Below are positions 47,145 through 51,745 of a stretch of DNA of 51,745 nt, piece by piece (position 1 is the stretch's first letter; the number at the start of each line of letters is the position of its first letter). The translations under genes were made by a program, and so were the position numbers. The stretch comes from a virus. Lineage: Duplodnaviria > Caudoviricetes. The stretch spans positions 1 through 51,745 of the IMG/VR virus record IMGVR_UViG_3300047565_000218. One strand, given 5' to 3'. A model generated the notes under the pieces. The model was given only the letters and a program-made list of their open reading frames with translations. It made no database searches and had not been told where the DNA came from.

Positions 47145-47229
47145 TTTCTTTAATCTCCTCCTCTTCTATTTTCTTGCTAAATTTTCTATACAAATTAAAC
47201 ACTTCTTTTATGGCTTCTATTACATTCAT
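47137..47229 (-). CDS. 30-aa peptide (MNVIEAIKEVF...)
   Basis: AGGAG RBS; overlaps the bet start. Confidence 0.45.
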   Translation of the reverse strand: MNVIEAIKEVFNLYRKFSKKIEEEEIKENE

Positions 47230-47240
47230 GTTTAATTCTC

Positions 47241-47333
47241 CTATTCCTTATCAAAAAAGTGTTTAAGTACTTTAACTGATACACCTATGAAAAACGCAAT
47301 TACTAAAAGTAAAACCATTATTTTTATTTCCAT
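47241..47333 (-). CDS. 30-aa single-TM peptide
   Basis: GGGAGG RBS; MEIKIMVLLLVIAFFIGVSVKVLKHFFDKE. Confidence 0.55.
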   Translation of the reverse strand: MEIKIMVLLLVIAFFIGVSVKVLKHFFDKE

Positions 47334-47345
47334 TCCTCCCCCTTT

Positions 47346-47558
47346 TTATGCATTAGATTGTATGATTAATTTATAGCGTTTTTTTAATTTTTCTATCAAA
47401 TCAGGATCAGTCCCTCTTTTGCCGTTTTCATACTCGCTGATCCTTGCTTTATTAGTATGTAAAGCCTCAGCTATTAGAGGAATTGTCATGCCCGCCTCTT
47501 GCCTTAATCTTTTCAATTCTTCTGCCTCTTCCTTAGTCGGTAGCGGATATTTTCTCAT
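47346..47558 (-). CDS. XRE-family HTH protein
   Basis: LKRLRQEAGMT..IAEAL..ISEYENGKR. Confidence 0.85.
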   Translation of the reverse strand: MRKYPLPTKEEAEELKRLRQEAGMTIPLIAEALHTNKARISEYENGKRGTDPDLIEKLKKRYKLIIQSNA

Positions 47559-48466
47559 TTAATTAAAAACATTCTTGATTGCTTTCCCGTGTTTAGACAT
47601 TGTTCGTATGCGTCCTTAAACATTTCCTTTAATTTATTAACGTTAACAAGAGACTTCGGAGCTGTATTCTTCCATGTAGCTATTACGTTCCCCTGATTAT
47701 CAATTAGCACGTCATAATCTCTCATAAATTCCTGTATATCGGTCTTTAATTTCTCAATGGTATCGGCTATCCGTACTTCTTCCTCTTTAGCCACTTTAAG
47801 TTGTTCCCATTTTTCCAAAATGTTACTTTCCGCTACTATTTCGTGATAATTACTTTGAGGAAATAAATTAAATGTATCCCTAGTATTAACACATTTAGGC
47901 GGTATTCTTTTTTCTATATGGTTATGCCAGAAATTACAGGCTATCTTAATTAACTTCTCTTCTAACTCTTTGTTTCTATTGTAAGTATAGATTCTAAAAT
48001 CCTGTCCTGCGGCTAAAACAGCAATATCAGCTTTAGGAGTATCTGTAATTGCAACGTACCACGCTACTTGAGCCAACCAATAACTAGGTATTTGATCTGT
48101 TCCCACTTCACCTAATTGGTTAATCAATCTAGAACCTATGGTTTTACACTCTAAAATATACTCTCCATCATTAACCCATCTATCAATAGAACCTAATATA
48201 AAGTCGTATTCTTTATGCTGTAAAATATTTGGTTCGACCGATACTTTTACGTTTTGACGAATTGCATATTCATCAGCAATCACATCTTCTAATCTATTAC
48301 CCCAATATATAGGTTCTGAGGATATATCTTGTTGTTCTTCCTCTGATACTTTGTCTAAATAAACTTCTAAAGGCGAGCGATATGGATTTAAGAAACATAT
48401 CACACCAATATCGCTTCCCGTAATACCTTGCCGTCTTCTTTGATACCATTCTTTTGATTTATTCAT
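47555..48466 (-). CDS. YqaJ-like (lambda-exonuclease family) nuclease
   Basis: EWYQRRRQGITGSD, WGNRLE, GSIDR, LECKT, QVAWY. Confidence 0.92.
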   Translation of the reverse strand: MNKSKEWYQRRRQGITGSDIGVICFLNPYRSPLEVYLDKVSEEEQQDISSEPIYWGNRLEDVIADEYAIRQNVKVSVEPNILQHKEYDFILGSIDRWVNDGEYILECKTIGSRLINQLGEVGTDQIPSYWLAQVAWYVAITDTPKADIAVLAAGQDFRIYTYNRNKELEEKLIKIACNFWHNHIEKRIPPKCVNTRDTFNLFPQSNYHEIVAESNILEKWEQLKVAKEEEVRIADTIEKLKTDIQEFMRDYDVLIDNQGNVIATWKNTAPKSLVNVNKLKEMFKDAYEQCLNTGKQSRMFLIK

Positions 48467-48470
48467 GATC

Positions 48471-49139
48471 TTAATACCCACTTAATATAAAATCTTTTTT
48501 ACGAATTTTTTCTCTTCTTAAAGTGTTAGTAATTGTTCCTTTACTAATCTTGTAATATTTAGCAAGTTGAGATTGACTATTTCCTAGTAAATAAAGCTTT
48601 TTAAGTTCTTCTATATCTTTTATTTTTTTATTTATCTTTTGTGCACAACTACAAGAACAAAAGACATTTTTATATTTTTTTAGTCGATAATTTTCTGGAT
48701 AAAAAATTATTTCACAACTTGAGCATTTCATAAGTTTTTTAAGAGTACGCTTATCAAATTCTCTATGACATTTACGACATAATTCTATAAAATCTTGAGC
48801 ATCGTAATATTTACCTGATACATTAGCCCAATCTATTATTCCTTCAGTATTTCCACATTTTGAACACTGCGTAGCTTTTCCTTTAATCCTATATACTCTC
48901 TGATGAGCACTAATATAAGATATATCATTTCCTTTCCAACCAGGATGTTTGTCACCTTTAAATGATACATGTCCTTTTGGAAATTGAGTATTTCTACTTT
49001 TTATATTATGACGTTTCATAAAACTAGAAATAATACTCTGATGCACACCAAACATACTGCCAATTTCCCTCTGCAATAAACCTGAATTATACAAAGTAAT
49101 TATCTTTTCTTTTTGATCATCTTTTATACGCTTTTGCAT
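48471..49139 (-). CDS. HNH-type homing endonuclease-like protein with flanking HTHs
   Basis: HPGWKG..YISAH..CSKC..DWAN..LCRKCH, CSSC..FCSCSC. Confidence 0.75.
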   Translation of the reverse strand: MQKRIKDDQKEKIITLYNSGLLQREIGSMFGVHQSIISSFMKRHNIKSRNTQFPKGHVSFKGDKHPGWKGNDISYISAHQRVYRIKGKATQCSKCGNTEGIIDWANVSGKYYDAQDFIELCRKCHREFDKRTLKKLMKCSSCEIIFYPENYRLKKYKNVFCSCSCAQKINKKIKDIEELKKLYLLGNSQSQLAKYYKISKGTITNTLRREKIRKKDFILSGY

Positions 49140-49173
49140 TCTTACGCTCTCTTAACCATTCTTGCTTGTTCAT
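49117..49173 (-). pseudogene. Orphaned 5' end of the original yqaJ (MNKQEWLRERKN...)
   Basis: Own RBS (AGGT), coupled to the upstream gene; resembles MNKSKEWYQRRR of the intact copy. Confidence 0.7.
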
Positions 49174-49343
49174 TTCTCACCTACCTTTTTACATATAGAG
49201 TATTGCTCTGGTGGTATTATTACTTCGCCACTTTTAGAAGAGATTATAAAAGTTGGAGGAGAAACAAAGCTGGACATTATAAATAATAGCAAAAGACAAA
49301 ATGCCACCCCTGTTAATATTCCTCCGAAAAATTCTTTGTTCAT
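49170..49343 (-). CDS. 57-aa membrane protein (MNKEFFGGILTG...)
   Basis: One TM helix; ATGA coupling. Confidence 0.6.
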   Translation of the reverse strand: MNKEFFGGILTGVAFCLLLLFIMSSFVSPPTFIISSKSGEVIIPPEQYSICKKVGEK

Positions 49344-49449
49344 ATAAATAATTCTATATTTTTATAGTTATGTATTTATGTAGTTTTATAGTTATATAAT
49401 TTAATTTTTATATAAAGTTATAACTCTGTAATTTTATAAATTAATAATT

Positions 49450-49629
49450 CTATATTTCTTTATTTATTACTTGCTTTAAAGCTTCATCAATTTGCTTAGC
49501 TAATGAGGAACTTGCTACATATTCCTTATAGCTATCTTCCTGTCTTTTTACGTGTTGCCTACTTTTCCAATCGTCGTAACATACGTTTCCCATGTCGTAT
49601 AAAGACATATTTTTTATATCGTAGTTCAT
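49450..49629 (-). CDS. 59-aa hypothetical protein (MNYDIKNMS...)
   Basis: AAGGA RBS; open frame between two AT-rich tracts. Confidence 0.55.
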   Translation of the reverse strand: MNYDIKNMSLYDMGNVCYDDWKSRQHVKRQEDSYKEYVASSSLAKQIDEALKQVINKEI

Positions 49630-49724
49630 ATTAATATCCTTATTTATGTATATAATAATATCTGTATATAATATTTTTATTATTTACTAGTTTCAGTATT
49701 TACTGGTTTTATTATATTATTAAT

Positions 49725-49988
49725 TTATAAATATTTCTTTATAGCTACTATATTTCTCTCTAACATCTCTTTTATTGGTACAAACTTTGGGTCTGACTCT
49801 TCTTTAAGATGCCATTCAAAAAATTCAACTATTATAGAACAAAAACCCCTTGATACTACTACCCACTCGTCATCAGTCTTGGACTTAAGCCACGTTGACA
49901 AGTCATGCATTGATATTTTGTCGTTCATAATCCATAACAATTTAGATACATCTTCTTTAGTAATAAATTCATCGTTTTCTATAGCCAT
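49725..49988 (-). CDS. Hypothetical protein, paralogue B
   Basis: Shares LSxWLKSxTDDEWVVV..FC..IKKYL with its neighbour. Confidence 0.8.
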   Translation of the reverse strand: MAIENDEFITKEDVSKLLWIMNDKISMHDLSTWLKSKTDDEWVVVSRGFCSIIVEFFEWHLKEESDPKFVPIKEMLERNIVAIKKYL

Positions 49989-49998
49989 CTTGTATCTC

Positions 49999-50247
49999 TT
50001 ATAAATATTTCTTTATAGAATTAATTGTTTTTAACGCTCCTTTCTCGCCTACGATAAGATGATTAGTTTTTAATAATTCAATAAGTTTTATTAATAAATC
50101 ACAAAAAGTTTTTGGAACTACCACCCATTCATCGTCAGTTTGAGACTTAAGCCACATTGACAATTCATGCGTATCCACACCATCAATTTTAGTAAATAAC
50201 AACCTCATAAACTCTTCTTTCGGAATAAAACGATCTTTTATAGCCAT
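49999..50247 (-). CDS. Hypothetical protein, paralogue A
   Basis: Same motif; start MAIKD with GGAG RBS. Confidence 0.8.
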   Translation of the reverse strand: MAIKDRFIPKEEFMRLLFTKIDGVDTHELSMWLKSQTDDEWVVVPKTFCDLLIKLIELLKTNHLIVGEKGALKTINSIKKYL

Positions 50248-50248
50248 C

Positions 50249-50545
50249 TCAAATCTCCAATGTTTTATATTGTGCAAATTTGATATTCTTAAAACACAAA
50301 TCCGCCCTAAAAGTTATCGCCCCGTCTTCTCCTACCATGCTGTTTTGTTCTAAAAGTTTATACCCAGCATAACTAATCATGATAGCATGGCTAATCCTCT
50401 CGCCGTTCTTATTCCTCACATCCCATATCTTTACGTCAATAGGCGCTTCTCTCATATCCTTGTATTCCTTAACTACAGAACTTACATAACCGATAAATAT
50501 TTCTTGCTCACTTTGTAATTCTTCAAACGCTTTTAAATCAGACAT
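50249..50545 (-). CDS. Hypothetical protein
   Basis: GAGGT RBS; tightly packed operon. Confidence 0.7.
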   Translation of the reverse strand: MSDLKAFEELQSEQEIFIGYVSSVVKEYKDMREAPIDVKIWDVRNKNGERISHAIMISYAGYKLLEQNSMVGEDGAITFRADLCFKNIKFAQYKTLEI

Positions 50546-50546
50546 T

Positions 50547-51209
50547 TTATACCTCTACCCCTCTTGATTGTGAAAAATACGAACGTAACTCCTGATCGGC
50601 CATGTAAGCATTATGCTCAGCTTCTTCTATTACCTGTTCTAAAGCCACAAGGTCATATTCGCTACTATCCCAATCTACACAATAGTCGTTTGCCTTTCCA
50701 AGTAAATACTCGTATTTATCAATATCAATCATTAATTGGTAATAATTCTCACCATAACTTTTATAGGGAATGTTATAAAAGCTAGCTCTCTCAATCTGCT
50801 CCTCTATAAAGGCTTCTCTTGCTCGCTCGCCTATTCTAGCAAATGTTTCTTTGCTAGATGCTGATAATTCTACAGGTTCACTTCTAGCCTCATGAAACTT
50901 AGGAGCTTCGGTTATGTTAGCTGGTAATTGCTCTTTAGGAGTGCGTTCATTGTAGATTTTTACTGCTAGCCTTGCTTGCTCAAGATTAGAAAATACTTGT
51001 ACCGCTTCTTTTGAGGGCAGTAGCATTTTTCTTAAAGTTTCCTTAGCCTTGGCAACGCTTAGTTCTTCTAGTTTAAGCACAGCAGATAATTCAAAAGTTG
51101 CTGGTTCTATTGTACCATAACTTGCTAGATTATTAATGTTTTTACGATTTTTTTCGTAAGAATTTCTACCTTGACATAATGGTAGCCTTGAGATATTTTG
51201 CATATACAA
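50547..51209 (-). CDS. Hypothetical protein, first gene of left operon
   Basis: Long ORF downstream of a strong promoter; start may be ATG 51203. Confidence 0.7.
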   Translation of the reverse strand: MYMQNISRLPLCQGRNSYEKNRKNINNLASYGTIEPATFELSAVLKLEELSVAKAKETLRKMLLPSKEAVQVFSNLEQARLAVKIYNERTPKEQLPANITEAPKFHEARSEPVELSASSKETFARIGERAREAFIEEQIERASFYNIPYKSYGENYYQLMIDIDKYEYLLGKANDYCVDWDSSEYDLVALEQVIEEAEHNAYMADQELRSYFSQSRGVEV

Positions 51210-51326
51210 TCTCTTTTTAATTTATTGAGAAAAAGTAAGAATTTTTAGCGTCGTAACTGGAAAATTCTTACAGCTTTATATAAGGATTCCAAAACGTCTT
51301 AAGCTAGTAACTTAAGGCGTTTTTTT
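51205..51326 (+). ncRNA. Candidate antisense RNA to the left-operon leader
   Basis: TTGACA(51171)-17-TATTTT; two hairpins whose G-U pairs work only on +; U7 tail. Confidence 0.5.
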
Positions 51327-51342
51327 ATTGCCTTATGAGATG

Positions 51343-51371
51343 AGTATAGAGGGGAAAAATAGAATAGTCAA
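51343..51371 (-). promoter_or_regulatory. Strong leftward sigma70 promoter
   Basis: TTGACT-17-TATACT on the - strand. Confidence 0.8.
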
Positions 51372-51409
51372 GTATTTATTTAAAAAATTTTTTAAATAAA
51401 CTTTAGTCT

Positions 51410-51742
51410 TTATTTTTCTTTGGATAATATACCTTTAGATATCTCAAGTTTATTATGGTATTCGCATATTTCAGACAATTTAATTTGGTTTAACTTAAAA
51501 TATGTTACTCTCTCCCCAGACTTTTTAAATCTTTCAACGGTATTATCTTTTTCTATATATTTCAATGCGTTATATACGCCTTGTTTTGATAATTTAGATA
51601 AATCTGCTAAAGCATTTATGCTTATTTTAGATACCTTTTCCTGTTCTGAATATATCGTTACTAGTGATTTTAATACCGATTTGGTTGCGGTGTTATATAC
51701 GTCATAACTATTTATAGCTTCTAATATCATATCTCTCTCCAT
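51410..51742 (-). CDS. Winged-HTH DNA-binding protein (candidate repressor)
   Basis: ISINALADLSKLSKQGVYNALKYIEK; start may lie outside the window. Confidence 0.7.
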   Translation of the reverse strand: MERDMILEAINSYDVYNTATKSVLKSLVTIYSEQEKVSKISINALADLSKLSKQGVYNALKYIEKDNTVERFKKSGERVTYFKLNQIKLSEICEYHNKLEISKGILSKEK

Positions 51743-51745
51743 ATC

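Larger units (their letters stand above)
1..51745. mobile_element. Near-complete podovirus-like temperate phage, probably a phage-plasmid
   Basis: TerS/TerL, portal, scaffold, capsid, neck/nozzle, fibres, ejection-type proteins and Bet/YqaJ are present; no tape measure, sheath or integrase recognised; ParA/RHH and three TA pairs. Confidence 0.85.

Noticed and set aside
1-51745. Window ends joining into a closed circle
   Set aside because: No terminal repeat seen; joining leaves the first ORF without a start (in-frame TAG at 51715) and no room for divergent promoters, so sequence is missing

Overview
This AT-rich window looks like a near-complete short-tailed (podovirus-like) temperate phage genome. 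Both ends cut into the presumed divergent early/immunity region. On the + strand the order is: HTH replication initiator with internal DnaA-box-like repeats, DUF669/SSB-like and ParB-like genes, small terminase, ParA plus an RHH partner, MazEF, a Tad2/DUF2829-like gene, an antisense porin moron, TerL, portal, GroES-like gene, scaffold, capsid, neck, a ~900-aa gp5-like beta-helix protein next to a patatin phospholipase, repeat-rich fibres, adaptor/nozzle, RuvC-like resolvase and a lipoprotein. On the - strand are unknown early genes, an HNH gene inserted into yqaJ, bet, an IrrE-like peptidase, four ejection-type proteins (one with an N-terminal HExxH domain) and cspA. No integrase or endolysin is recognisable. 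A partition cassette plus three type II TA modules suggest a phage-plasmid, and the porin, initiator style and base composition suggest a Rickettsiales-type endosymbiont host (inference). Signals missed by the ORF track include a 37-aa copy of the capsid N-terminus fused to a Lys-rich tail, tandem pseudoknot-like repeats in the capsid leader, a fixed-spacing ACGA-N22-TGTGKTATAAT promoter motif, a probable antisense RNA at the left operon, and recurrent xxxGG motifs in head/ejection proteins. All product calls come from motifs read by eye; no database search was run.
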